DNA of 59,736 bases, filler included, from Platydemus manokwari (lineage: Eukaryota), in assembly GCA_037951405.1 (NCBI GenBank). It is 6 parts of 6 records of this genome, joined end to end, with 100 filler letters (N's around TTAATTAATTAA, not from the genome) between each part and the next. Parts side by side here need not be neighbours in the genome. Positions count along the whole stretch, not along the records: positions 18,318 to 28,717 come from JBBMOY011136883.1; positions 28,818 to 39,051 come from JBBMOY011155548.1; 4 more parts are not named here. One strand, given 5' to 3'. A model generated the notes under the pieces. It ran no database searches. It was not told the origin of the DNA and saw only the letters and a program-made list of their open reading frames with translations. This document shows, piece by piece, positions 24,901 through 39,151 of this stretch. Position numbers and translations under genes: made by a program. Numbering within the stretch: the first letter of the stretch is position 1; each line of letters opens with the position of its first letter.

Positions 24901-27554
24901 ATTATCTGTAAAGCAATATAAAGATCGATTATATAATTAGCTACGGGCTTCGATGTACTTATTAATTGAAATTGTGAGCTTGGATATTCTTACTTTATCA
25001 TTATCTGCTTGAGTATCAGTGAAAATTATGACTGGCCCATCATTGAACATATGATTTGATAAAATGTTATGAATTGCTGTTATTCAAATTCTAATCACCA
25101 AATAAAATGTAATGAAAAATATAAAATAAAATACTGCAGAAATAATTTGTTTTCATTTTGTGACGTTTTGTAAGTATTCTATGATCATATTATTTGATAT
25201 TGATCAATTTATTTTAACCATAACATAATACAGTATTTCTATTCAAAATAAAATTTCAAATCAAAACGGTTTTCCTATTTTTTGGATTTTGTTGACTCCA
25301 AGCTAACAAATAGACTAAATTTCTTAACTGGCTTCAAATGTCAACAGACAATGTTTGAAACTTAGTTTATAATTTGTTTGTGCTAGATTTTTACTAGGTT
25401 TTCCAATTATCAAGATTCCAGTTGAATTTATTGATTTTTCGTGGATGGTAGTAGCCAATTTCCGCGAATTTGTCGTTTCGTAGTTATGATTTAAATTAAA
25501 ACCTAGCTACTTATTGCTTTTAATTGGTTGAGCATCGCATCTGCGTGACTATGTAGCGATATATGTGTGTAAAATGTTGAAATCTACCTTACTCAACACA
25601 ATTCTTAAATACCTTTTGGTATACGATTTATCAGCACATAGGAAAATCTTAAATATAATTAAGACGTTACATTAAACGATATCATTTAGAATCTTTTAAA
25701 TATACTTAAAAATGACTATTTCTTGAATACCTTTATAAATGTAATGCGACTTTGATCCTACAATGCAATATGTATAGACTTTTGGAATAGAAAGATCAAA
25801 GTGTTTTCATCAATACAAATAAATACCTCTGATTTCATAATAATGAAGATTGTCTGCAATCCATAAAATCCAATTAACGTCTCAATTTTTGAAAGCATGT
25901 TATTTTAAAATATTATTCCAGTAGTAAATGACTAATACAGTAATCAGTGGAAATATATTGATCTAATTCTGATTAAGATAAAGGTAAAATTCATTTTTAA
26001 AATCGATATTAGATTATAATTTTTATTAGTTAATTAAATACAACAAAATAAACAATATTGATAAATATGAAGCAGCCAATACTGCTAAACAGAGTAATTG
26101 ATTTTCGTATCCTTAATTATAATTATGAATTTCCCTGTGTACACTAAGATAATTGATTTGGTCTAGGGTTTAATTTAGAATGATAATTTAACATGGTGAG
26201 TAAACAAAAATAAATGCTGAATATTAAATTCCATAAATCAATTAATTTAACACATCTTTTTATTTATTGATCATTATTATTTATTATTATTAATATTATC
26301 TCAATCTATTCGTAATATATAAGACTCTGAAATAGTAGCAAAAATCGTATCAATAATATATAAAATTAAAAGTAAAGAAAATAAAATAAGAATAATAAAA
26401 GGCTGTAAAATAGATTCTAGAATGAAACTTTTATTTTAATTTTAAAACAAGAGTTTACAAATGCTTTTAATTTTAAATCACAATAAAACTTTCGGTAATT
26501 TTCTATTTTCATTTAGTAATGACCAAAGTGAAATTTAATTTCAAAAAATTGATTCCTTGCGATAGTTAAAAGCCAATATTAATTCTTTTTTTATTCAAAT
26601 ATAAACAATTACAGTTAGTTTTGAATATCTTCATCTACATATTCAACATTTACAGTGTTTTTCTCCATCTAGTTGATTTAATAAATTGGATTTTTCAGGA
26701 AAAAAAAACTTAAAATATAAAATTACAAATTTCCAATAAATGTCTGATTACTATAATTATAAAAACGCCATTTTATTTTGATATGAATTTTAAAATTTCC
26801 AATATCGATTATTAATTATACAATATATATTCTATGAAATTATTTTAATTTCGTAATTTCTATTTTCAAAATGAACTCAATTTTTCAAATAATCCCCACA
26901 ATGTAATTTAAATCAATTCTTTGAATTAAAATAGATTTGATAAAGCATTTGACAGACTTGGCAACAACTCCAAGCTTTCAATACATCTAATTGTGAATAT
27001 TCTCGAATATTAAAACAAGTCAAACAAAAATCCATTATTTTTCATTGGTCAATTTTCATTTCAGTAATTCTTGTTTCATGTGACAGAGGTTTAATTGCTT
27101 TTTATAATCAATTGAAGTTGGCTATAATAATAGCATTGAGACATTCGATTTATTGGAGCTGGGAACTGGTGAAATTTACTCGAGATAATTTCTGTTTAAC
27201 TGTCAACTTATCAAATCCATAATTTATTTTTACAATTTTATTGTGTTTCCAATCTTTTCCAGTCTTTCGATTTTCAAGAGAAAAGAAAAATTGAATTCAG
27301 TGATTGAAAAAAATTAAACTCGAAAAATAATTACGCATATTTTTTCGTAGACACCAATTTGCAAAATGAACAATAGTAAAGTCTTCGTGACCTTTGTTTG
27401 TCTGAACAGAAATACAAAAAAAATAAGCAGACAAATTTGAAATATCGGTAATTTATTGAAAAATAGACATCAAAAAACCTGTTGTTAACCGCTGCTATTT
27501 CGATTGCATTAGTTTTATTTAATTCAAAAATGTTTAAAAATCACAATAAGGCTC

Positions 27555-27582
27555 ACACATACATACACGCACACACACACGC
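27555..27582. repeat. Imperfect (CA)n microsatellite
   Basis: CACACATACATACACGCACACACACACG-like run. Confidence 0.8.
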
Positions 27583-28717
27583 ATACCAACAGAAGTTATT
27601 TAAAAAATTTTAATTATAAAGACAGTATAATTTTTATGTCATTTTAATAAATATTAAAAAAATTTAATTTTTGTGAAACTATCAATCAATTTTAACAATA
27701 ATTTTATACATTCTATTTTTTAAAACTATTCTTGCATATTTGACAGATATGACGCCATGTTTCAGTTATCACGATAGGTAAAGAACATAATAATGTTTTT
27801 ATTGAGATTTAAATTGTAACTTTTGATTGATTTAAACATTAAGATAATAGACAATGTTTTAACGACTAAAATATTCTAAAACCATTTAACAGACTGATAA
27901 ATCAAAAATTTAATTTAAAATGTCGAATTTTTAAAATTACTGAGTTAAATAAAGCTACATCAGTTTGATTAAAAAAACTGAAAAATACAATACAGAATAT
28001 CGTTATTAAATGAGTTTAACATCACCGATATATATTTCATTGAATGAAATAGTAAACAATTATGGATTCTACAATATGTTGAATATATATAAATATGGGT
28101 GCAAATTATATTTCCTTAAAATTTTAAACTATTGAGCACTTGCTTCCAGATAAACAAAATAAACAATCATTTTCTCTTTTATCGACTTCAACTGGCAACA
28201 GGGCATCTTTGCTTCGGCATTTGCACATGTTTTTGTGTGGTAAACTTTAATCTGATGTTTTACTCAATTTCAACATTGCGTTTGGTTAATCTCAGTGCAT
28301 GTGGTACCGTGCAGCCAATTATTTGCCTAATTGAAATCAGTAATATATGTCGCATTTAATTGGTTGGTTATCATTCATGTATAATTGTGCAGGCTTGACA
28401 GTTAGTTCGTATTGTAAATGTCATAAAGTTCAGTACTGTTAACATTTAGAAATGTTAAAACTAAAGGTTATATAGTGTTATAACATTATTTTAATTAATC
28501 AAATATATTTTATTACTTTGTTCTGTTTCATTTTTTAATTAGCATTTATATTTTAAATATTATTTTATAATATCTGATGATTAAATTTCCGCGACAACCT
28601 TTGTCTATTTTAGTCCAGAAAAGACAAAGATTCAAAATAAATTATGATCACAAAATATATGAAATAACGAACTTCTTTTAGTAATAATTAATTGACTTTT
28701 AAATTACCTTTGGATAA

Positions 28718-28817
28718 NNNNNNNNNNNNNNNNNNNNNNNNNNNNNNNNNNNNNNNNNNNNTTAATTAATTAANNNNNNNNNNNNNNNNNNNNNNNNNNN
28801 NNNNNNNNNNNNNNNNN
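28718..28817. other. Artificial contig-joining spacer
   Basis: 44 N + TTAATTAATTAA + 44 N. Confidence 0.97.
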
Positions 28818-31800
28818 CTGGTTTTACAATAAATATCTCAATGGTATGAATTGTCGATCATCTGGAAACACATTTACCAATTATTTAAATGGTTCTCCAT
28901 TCATAGCAAATAACATGTTGATTCTCGAAGCTGATTTACCGATAAATGATCATTATCGATCTTACATCTCAAAAGTTATTTTATGCTTATCGAACAACAC
29001 AAGCTTAATATTTCTGAAAAGTCTCATTCAACATGGATATTGTATTTGTCATTATTTTAGTGTTGATCCAGTGAAACTGTTGAATATTTCAATGAATATT
29101 GGCATTATAAATTGAAATTACAATTTTTCGATAAATCTAGTTAATATTTTGTGATGTGTTTGTTATTATTGATTACAAATAAAAAGTATTATTAGAACTG
29201 ACAAAATTGTTTACAGATATTGGAATACATATTTTAAGAATGAATATCGTTTATTGTTTATATAAATAATGTCAATATAAAATATTGATTTTATGCAATG
29301 AAACTAGATTTCGTTTTCCGTTGTTTCTGTAGAACAAGTTATTATTATTATGAAACATCAGCATAATAATTATTATGATTATTTTACAAAACAGTTCATT
29401 TTAATATTGATTATCAATTTTATATATTGGGTCTATAAATGTGATAAAATGAAAACAATAGTTTTTAATTGGTTTGCAATAAATGTAAGAATAATATTGA
29501 TTGCTGGCATTTAAAATGAAAACTATTATTGATTATTTTATAAAGTAAAGATTTTAATGCTAATAAAGATAACTAGTCGATATGATTGAGTTATATGTAC
29601 GCTGTTTTTATGAAACTTGGTTTTAATAGGAAAGATCTCAAAAATATTGCTGCTACCCTCATTACAGCTGCTGTTAAGGAATCATTTCACTTATATTTAT
29701 CACGTATTAAGGGAACACCTTTATGATTTGTTGATTTCAGCCGGTTGTTTGAATTGCAATATGACTCAGTCTAACTGATCTTGAATTTACTCGACCTAGC
29801 CATTTGTTCCGAACTATCTATATCTATATCAATATTATAATGATTAACTATACTTGTATACATTTCTAACCGCATCCAGGAAATCAAATTTCTCGGGAGA
29901 AAAAGAAGAGGAAATTACCGAAAATTTCAATAAAACAAATGCAAGCAAGCAGGATACCGATTTAATTTAATGCTCTTAGATCCCCACTAACTCAAGCGAG
30001 AAAAGGAAGCACTTGACCTAGATTTGTAATCGAGATATAATAAATCATCAAGATAATCAAACCTAAAAATACATATCCGGACTATCACCATAGAATCCAG
30101 ATTGATGACATTTCTATTATAATAAATCTTTATAAAAAATTGATTATCTTATAATTATTGATAAATATCAAAAATAATAAAATAAATAAATAGATGATTG
30201 ATAGAAATGGATGAATATTTGAATGGCGAGTTGAGTATTGATTATATTGCAATATATTTTTAGCCATAAATTCTGTGTTCATTGGATTATATTCAAATAT
30301 TTAACGGTCGAAATTGTTTATTTTGTTTTAATGAGTCAACTTCTAAAAAATATTCATGACATTTTTATATTTATAATGCTACCAGATAATCATTGATAGG
30401 ACACGATTGTACATGCATGTAGATAATGATTATTATCGATTTTTCAAGTATTGATTATATTTATTTAAATTTTCATTTATTTGACATTGGAATCAAAAAT
30501 TGAATTAATCGCGAAAATAACCTCTCGACAGTTGTACCTCTTAGTTCGAGAGATGAATTGGAACAATACATCAAGCAGAGTAGTTCAAACTAGTTTGATC
30601 AGAAATCGATTATTTTTATAATTTTATAAATTCTTAAGGTCTTCAGACAAACAAGTGTTTATCAAATAATATCTGTAAATATTGACGAATTTTTGAAAAT
30701 TATTTATGATTCCAGTTCTGATAATCTCCTCATTTGTTTACTGTCTTGCCAATTTGATTGTTTTCTAGTATTTTAAATTGTTTTTCAGTAATGTTTGAAT
30801 CAATATTGTGTTCTTTAAATTAGCCTGCAAGATATGGCACACCAATTTAAAAAGCAAAAATTATTGAAATTTAAAAAACCTAAAGACACACTAATTTATA
30901 AAAGTTGCCGACGACAATGGAAACAATACAAAGGTAAACATTAAAAAATAGATTAAAATATTAAAATGTGTTTGTAATATTAAATTAAAAAAATAAGGAA
31001 ATTTAAACCCACTAAAAAATCAACTAAAATAATACTAAAATTAAATTTACTGTTGCTGCCAATTCTTCAACAATTTCAGCGGTTCCGCGTTAACCATTTA
31101 TTGTTCCTGGTGATACTACTAATAAAGATAAAAACCCACCAGATATTTTATCTTGATAATCTTCTTAATTTCCAATTATTTTGTTTAATTTATTAATAAT
31201 GTGATATTTAAATATATTTTTTTATTGTTATGCTTAAATGATTTTTGCATTCTATTTTTAATAATTGCCATTTCTCAGTCATTTTTAATAAATAAAATAA
31301 TAATATAAAACTGGTAGCTTGTTTAACGTAAGAGATATGTTAGAAGAATTGATTTAGACAATTTTCGTTATTTTTATTAATCTAAACAAGTGAAATATTT
31401 TTAAACAAATTAAACTCTTTTTAGAGCGCTTCTTTTATTGGCATGTTTGATCAAGATTATAAATATTAATATAACTATGAATAAAAATATTTAAAATATT
31501 TGAAAATCACTTCATATTTATTTTTTAAATAATTTACTTCAATTTAAATTTATGAAATTTAATATTTCTTTATTAATATTCTATTTTGAAATTATTTTTA
31601 TATTATTAAAATTATTATTAAAATAGTTATTAAATTATTATTAAATTTGCTCCTTTAAATTTCCTCACAATAATAAAAATATGATATAATTTATTCCAAA
31701 TAATAAAAAGATTAAAATATAGCCCGAATCATAATAATAATTAAACGATATTTTTTATTTTATTTTTATATTTCTTAATTTTCTTGAATTGAATACAGTT

Positions 31801-32599
31801 ATCTTATTTCTCAGATTGTATACATTTTCTTAATAGTAATTCGAATCTTAGCAAACTTATCTTTTAAAACACATATATAATCAATGTTTGCATTTAAAGT
31901 CGCCATGTTTTTCAATTTATATAGATAAATTACAACAATTTTAAATATTTTTGAATTGATGTGTATGTCTAGGGTTCACCTTGTGTATAAATGAACAATA
32001 CCCATTAACTAATTATTCTTACTTCAAAAGACGATATGCTGATCACTAAGTTGTATTTTATATTACAATGTACAAAAAATATCAATGTCTAATTTATAAA
32101 TAGCTCATGGGAGCCAAGACCTTAAATAAGTCTTGTAGAAAGTGAGTATATCAAGTCAGTTCACAAAATTGCAAATACTAGTTAAGAATCTGGTCCTGAC
32201 CTTACCACCACTATCGAAATTACTTTTAAGATACTAATGTCTTTCACACGCGTGTTTTCGCAATAACTATTACGATCGTCTTTTGATATAATACCGAATA
32301 TTTTAATGGTATTCAAAAAATACTATTACGAATACCTTAAAATTTTATTTACTAATTATAAATTTTAATTTAGATAAACAACCTGTATTTTATTAAATAT
32401 TTAATTTTACTTTTATTTTCAATATTTATCTATTTATATATTTCCTTTTAGTAATAATATTTTATTTAAACAATTATTTTTTTCTTTTAGTGTTAATTAT
32501 TTTTAACTAATGTAATATTAAGTTCAATTCTCATGAATTTCTTTTGTTTAATAGTTTTCTATTAATTTATTTTTATTTATTATTATTTGTTAGGTTCTT

Positions 32600-33550
32600 C
32601 GATTTGTTAGGTACATCACAAATTAGTCAAAAGCGAATTGTCAAAAAGCGAAGATACGTGACATCAAGCGGACACACCCGATTATTATTGAGAACTTGAG
32701 TGTGTTATTTTAGTTAATATAGATTTTCAGATTCAAATTGTTATTAATATAATAACAAATTTTGGTGAGCCCGATTTCTGAACAAAAGCAACAAATTCAA
32801 GTAAGAACGACGAACGAGAGAATCCTAATCAAATTCCCGCGAACCCAATACATGGAATTTTTATTCAAGGTGTCCTAGTAAATTTCGCAAGCTGCAAAAA
32901 TTTCCAGTTGATTTCAAAAATCCCGTATATGGATGGGTAGAACGAACAATGTAACAGCGACTACAACTCTATCTAAAGGAGCAACCAGAGAGACATACAA
33001 CAAAATCGACTGTCGAAACTTTACGAAAAACTCATCAGCGCAGACGTAAGCATAATCATTCGACAAAAATTCTTTTCTCGAACTCAAAAAACAAATGAAA
33101 CTGTTGGAGAATTCGCAAAGACCGAATCTTAAAAAGTGTTTACAGCCTCATCAACGCGGCACTTAGTTTGGCCGATTACGCCGACAAAGATGAACTCACT
33201 AAAAAAGCGTTGAGAGTCGAAATAAAATGCACTTCTATGTACAAGCAACCCACATATTTTGCGATAGAAACCGATAATTTAAAACTGGGCAAAATCGAGA
33301 GACCCCATTCAGTTTCTTCTCTAAACAGCGATACCCCCAAATCTCCAAACAAAGGATCCATCAGAACAGTTGCAAATTCTCGAGATCTCCTCTCAGCGTC
33401 TTCTCGAAAAGACAGGAGTCAGTCACTCGCTTCAAATGTTAACAAATTGATCACTTTGCAAATAACTGCAAAAATCAAAGAGTCTTCGATAATTCCCAAA
33501 TAACTAATCATTCGACTGGATAAACTGAGACTACGATTCTTATCCATATC
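32600..33550 (+). mobile_element. Degraded Ty3/gypsy-like LTR retrotransposon 5' region (LTR end, PBS, gag)
   Basis: ...TAACA (32757) followed by PBS-like TGGTGAGCCCG (32763). Gag-like IRQKFFSRTQKTNETVGEFA and DELTKKALRVE; multiple stops. Includes ORF 33168..33503. Confidence 0.55.
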
Positions 33551-34619
33551 AGGTCTTAATCGCAAAACTTATTCAATTACGCAGTAATTATTGTCGAAGA
33601 ATAATTGTCTCATCAGACTCACATTTCAGTCATTCAAGGGCATCTAGCTGGAATCAAAGAAGCACAACAATAATCTTATTTTTTTCAAGAGGGGTACATC
33701 ACTAATCACAATAGTTCATTGAATACAGGTTTAGTGCGATTAAGAGGTTAATTAATTTTCAAAGGCTCTTCTCATTGATTGTCATTACCGTAAATTAGTA
33801 GTTTAATCTAAATTGATTTCAAATTTTCCATTGTCGATAACTAAGTTCCTCTTTTTAAATAATCTCTGCTTTTTGTTCATCAATAATAATTGTTTCGTTT
33901 TGTTTCGCAAATAAATTGTATTTATTGAAATAACTTTGTATCATTCATAAATCAATATTTGCAATAAATTTTATCACTACAGTATATTTATTGAAATAAC
34001 GTTGTATCGTTCATAAATCAATATCAAAGTTTAATTTAAACTGTATTTCATAGACCAATACCTGATCTTAATAAACCAGTGTTAAGGGCATTATGATTGT
34101 GATTGTTATCGCTCACCATAACGTATAAACTCTCAGCTAAACGATTAAGTCTTATTTAGAACCCACGCAGTATCAATTTTTCTGTGAGCAAGATCTTTAG
34201 TGAAACTAAATAATTTTCCAATTATTTGGTCTCCATACCGGTTACTGAAGCCTCTGAAATCAAGAATTAAAAGCTTATAGAAGCAGATTGAATTATTGTT
34301 TAATAAAAGCAAGACTGAACGTATTTTCAAAAGTTACTGATATTCGATGACAGATTCCCGGAGAAAATACTTCACTTTCGTATTTAGGCCACTTGTTAAA
34401 TGATAATGATTATTTAATGAGTTATGGCACCGTTCCAGAAATTGATACTGTTGTAAATATTGAAAACGGTTATTTGGGGAAAAGAGAAACCCTGATGATA
34501 TTTTATTTCGATTGAAAGAAGCTTTATCAGAGAAACCTATTGATTTTAGGAAAATTGTCGAAAAATTAGAGAAAATTAAAGATAATATGACGATGTTTAA
34601 CAATTGGGATTTAGTAGCT

Positions 34620-37200
34620 TTGTTGGTGCCGTATAATTGTAAAATGTATGCCTATATATTTTATTTTCAGTAATCAATTTGCATTAACTAGACAAATTTG
34701 GAGAAGGTAACGGTCAGATCTTTCCCCTTTTGAAATCGTATTATATATTTCAGAAGTAAAAATGAAAAGTTTTCAGGAACATTGGTGTACAAAAGTTAAA
34801 AAAAATCAGTCGACGGGTTTTAGAGAAATTAAAAGGTGAATCTCTTATCACACTCACTTATTGTGAACGAAATTTGGATGACGATGAGTATTTGATTAAT
34901 TATGGAATTCTTGTCGAAAAGGTAATTGAAATTCAAGCTGAAATTTATTATAATCAAAGAAATAATTAGTTGATTAAAAAATTGGAACAAGATGACCCAG
35001 TAGATATAGAAGCGAATGTATTTTATGATTTTGAAAAAAAATTTTTTTCAATATTTACGGATATGATGAGTTACCACTAAATCAATACGACAGTAACACT
35101 TTCGAATTCATAAATTTTATGTACGATTATTATACGTTAAGAGATTGCCGTTATATTTGAAAGGAATGGCAAAACAGGCAATTAAGCAAATCGAAATTTA
35201 AAATATTGATTGTTGGGATGATGCCAAAAATATTCTCTCTTTAAAACTGTGAATAAATGAAGTAAGCCAAACCCTTCGCTCAAATTTCTATTGTAGAATT
35301 CAACAACTTCATGAATCTGTGTGTGAATTCGGCATTCATTTACATTCATTATCAGGAAAGGTGTTTGTCGAAAATTCACAGAAAGCTGAACCTATTAAAA
35401 GTATTTTAATGGATCTATTTTTATCAGGCATTTCAAGTGATATACTAAGACCTTTATCGACAACAGAATTTCAAAATTATGATGATTTAGTTCAAAAAGG
35501 CTCAAAAATTGAATGTCATGTTAAAGAATTTGAAACATCTTAGAAAAATTTCTATTCTGAAACCGGAGGTTTGAATAATCTTGGAATTAAGCCAAAAAAT
35601 ATTGTGAGCAAATTGGAATTCATTGAGTGATGAAATTTCATACTTGATAAATGATATTAAAATGGAACAAGATCAGGAAACTTTTAGTGAACTATGTGAT
35701 ATTCTTATTAAGAATGAAAAAGTTTAAAATGTCGAAGAATTTGAGGAAGTGTTAGAAATCAGTAATAAATAATAATTTTGAAGAATTTAGATTGAATCAG
35801 TTAGAAAATTGTGAGTATTGGATGTTAGAAAAATATAGTTAGAAGTTCTACAATGATTATAAATATGCTTTGGAAGGCTTGTTAGAAGTTAATTTGGAAT
35901 TTGTTATGGAAGATATTGAGAAAATGAATTTGGAGACGATTGATAGCATTTTAATTAAGAAGACGGTTAAATTTCAACTTTTGGAAATTTTTAACGAAAA
36001 TTACCAAGTAGTTGAAGATTATTTATTCGATAGTTGTTATGAAATGGACCAATTTGTAAATTTTAAAAATGGAGAGCAATTATCAGTTATTGGAGTTAAA
36101 ATTAACGAAATCGCAAATATAGAAAAGGAATACTTCGATAAAGTTGAAATCTTGGAATGGTTGATATTAATTATCTATAAGGAACAACAATATACACATT
36201 AAGCTAAAGAGATTAGCTCTATATTGTTTATTTTACACTAGAGATTTTCAGAACGGAAATTCGCTTAAATGGTGGAAATGAGGTATCGTTATGTTTATTT
36301 TATTTTATTTTGTAATATCTGCTGTTTTCTAACTAACCTTATCCCAAGATAAAAATATCAGAGAAATACTGATATGTTTGAATAATAATAGAAAAAAATA
36401 AAGGCCGCAGACTGCAGGAAGATAGACATCGAAATGACCAAATACGGTTCCCTTTTAAAGATAATTTTTTTAGCAAAAATATAATAATAAGAAAAATACA
36501 AAAAAAATTAATAAAAATATATGATTAAGATAAGATTAGTAAAGGAAAAACATAACTTAAGCAAGAAATACATGTTGAAGAACAACTTTGTTTTAGTTAA
36601 TCAAAAAAACGAACCAAAAAGACTATTTAAGGATGAATAAAATTATATCTTATGTTTAAACTTAACGGCAACCAGAATTTAAGATGAAAAATCTGATGAT
36701 GATCTTGGTAATTTTCATGTTCATAAGGCGAGCGGCAGCAAGAACAATATCGAACTTCAAAAGAAATGCTTGGTCTCAAACTAGCAGGAAGCCTATTCCA
36801 GAGGCGTTTGAGTACCATCTATTACGCAAGTTGGAAGCGCTCAAAATATGAGTAGAGATTGCCGAAGAAAAAATCGAGCACTTGACGAAAAAACTACAAG
36901 AAGCAAAACCCCCAAACGTATCAAAATAAATATATTATTGAAGTCATTTTGGTTGGATGTTGGTAATGTAGCTAAGAAAGTGATCTGAAAAATTGATGTA
37001 TTTTATCTGTACAAGGATTAATTGTAAACAAAATATTACTATTTTATGTTGTGTGAATACATAGAATGGATTATGACAAAGATTATCGATACCGGACTTC
37101 AAAAAGGAGAAAGAAATAACGAAGTGACAAAAATATGAGTATAATAATAAAATCTGACTCAACCGCAAAACCATTCCCAGTTAAGGGGGGATTGCTAAAT
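34620..37200 (+). mobile_element. Nested, degraded LTR-retroelement remnants (gag-like and acidic ORF fragments, PPT)
   Basis: PBS-like TGGTGCCGT at about 34624; gag-like DLFLSGISSDILRPL...DDLVQKGSKIE (35319-35543); purine tract AAGGGGGGA followed by TTG at 37183-37194. Boundaries uncertain. Confidence 0.35.
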
Positions 37201-39051
37201 ATTAACATATTAACATAAGTGTACATCATTATTATTATTATTATTGTTATTTTTAACATTAATATTATTATTGTTGATATAATTTATTACTATTGTTATT
37301 GCTTTCATTATTTCTTACAAATCAAAATAAATAAAGATCAAATAAAGAAATACATTAAATATAAAAAACAAAATTAAAACTGTCGTTAAAAATGTCTTCT
37401 TTATAATTGAATCATCTTCTTCGGAATCGGGGCTGTAGTGACAGCAGTTACCAGTGTTTGGAATGGACTCTTCTGGCGTGTGAGGTCCATCATGGAGAGC
37501 TGCGGGATAATCTCTTCTGGGTTGTTACGTGTGGGTTAATGTAAGACTTTTGAAAGGTACCAGACTTGAAAAGTGGATGTCGACGATTGACGTATAGTAT
37601 GGTGACTTCGTTGGGAGTCTGAAGTGATTTGTTTGTCCCTGGTTCTGTCCATATGCCTTTGATAAAAAAGTAATGGCTTAAGTTAAGGAAATGGGTCCTT
37701 TGACCCAATTTTAAAGTAATGACAATTTCTACAACGATATTTAGACCTTCAATTATATTTCTATGACAGGATATTTCTTCATTGGCGAGGAATCTACAAA
37801 TTTTGTTTTATCTCTGTGAGATATTTGAGATGAATTAAATTTCAATTTAATTCGAAACAATTTTAATTTACATCTATTCAAATTTTATTCAGATTTAATT
37901 TAATTTTATAAAAAATTAAGTTAATGTAAAATTGAAAATATTTGTTTAAATATTTGGATTTAAAATAGAATTGATTGTGTCTTGACTTTTTGGGTTTGAT
38001 TTTAGTCTGTGGTTTTTAAAATAGTAGTAGTAGCTAACAATCATTATTATTCTTAATGTTGTTATTATTATTATTAGCATTAATATTATCATTATTATTA
38101 TTGATAATAATATTATTATCATTGAATATATCAAATCTGTAAACGTAAATCTATACTTAAATCTATAATTTATCATATCATGGAAAACTAAAAAAATATT
38201 TTTAATTTTCTTTATTTAAAAATTGATGCAAATGGGAAATTTCAAATTTGCGAAGAATTTTTACAACGATTTTTAACTAATAATTATATCAATGCTCAAA
38301 ACAATTTATTTGTATGATACCAAGATAATTAATCATGATTATTTTAAAACTAGTAAATTTCATTTTGTTCATTACATATCCTTTTTTCTTAAAAAGTTAT
38401 CATTTAGAAGTTTAGTGAAGACTTGTCATTAATTTTTCAAATTTTATTAATATAATTATTTAATCAAAAACTCATAGATATTAAATTATAACTTTATATT
38501 GGAAATATTCTTTTAATTCGTCAATATTGCGGGATTCTAAATAGAACTGAATAATTTCCAAAACTGATAATATTCTTCGTTATATGAAACTAACGAAAAA
38601 CTTTTTGAAATTCTAATAAATTTCCATGTTAATTTTCTTTTTGATAACTTGATTAATTCTTTGCAATTATCCACTGTCGCTGTAGCTTTTTTGTCATTCT
38701 TGTCTCATTAACACGACATATGAGTATGCGTTCTTTTCTAAATTGGTTTTGACTGTTATTACAAGAGAAATTCATAAATTATTGAGATTGTAAAATTAAT
38801 GTTTTGTTCCTTTGATAGGTGAATTAGAAATAGTATATTCATTCATGGCGACTTTATTTCGGTTAATGTTATTCATTTTGTCATGATATTTAACTTGTTT
38901 ATTTTAATTTAAAATGGAGGATATTGATTGAAATTATTCGATTAAAATTTTGAATACTTTTACATGATGAAACTATCCCGATTAACAATAAGAGTTGGTT
39001 AAAAATATTTGATTAGAGTTTAACAACCATGAACTTTTTTCAATCAACATA

Positions 39052-39151
39052 NNNNNNNNNNNNNNNNNNNNNNNNNNNNNNNNNNNNNNNNNNNNTTAAT
39101 TAATTAANNNNNNNNNNNNNNNNNNNNNNNNNNNNNNNNNNNNNNNNNNNN
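39052..39151. other. Artificial contig-joining spacer
   Basis: 44 N + TTAATTAATTAA + 44 N. Confidence 0.97.

Noticed and set aside
33915-34024. Local duplication of about 40 bp (TATTTATTGAAATAAC.TTGTATC.TTCATAAATCAATAT)
   Set aside because: An ordinary short tandem duplication with no further structure.
38640-38760. Possible second pogo DDE fragment (TVDNC) on the minus strand
   Set aside because: A single short motif only.
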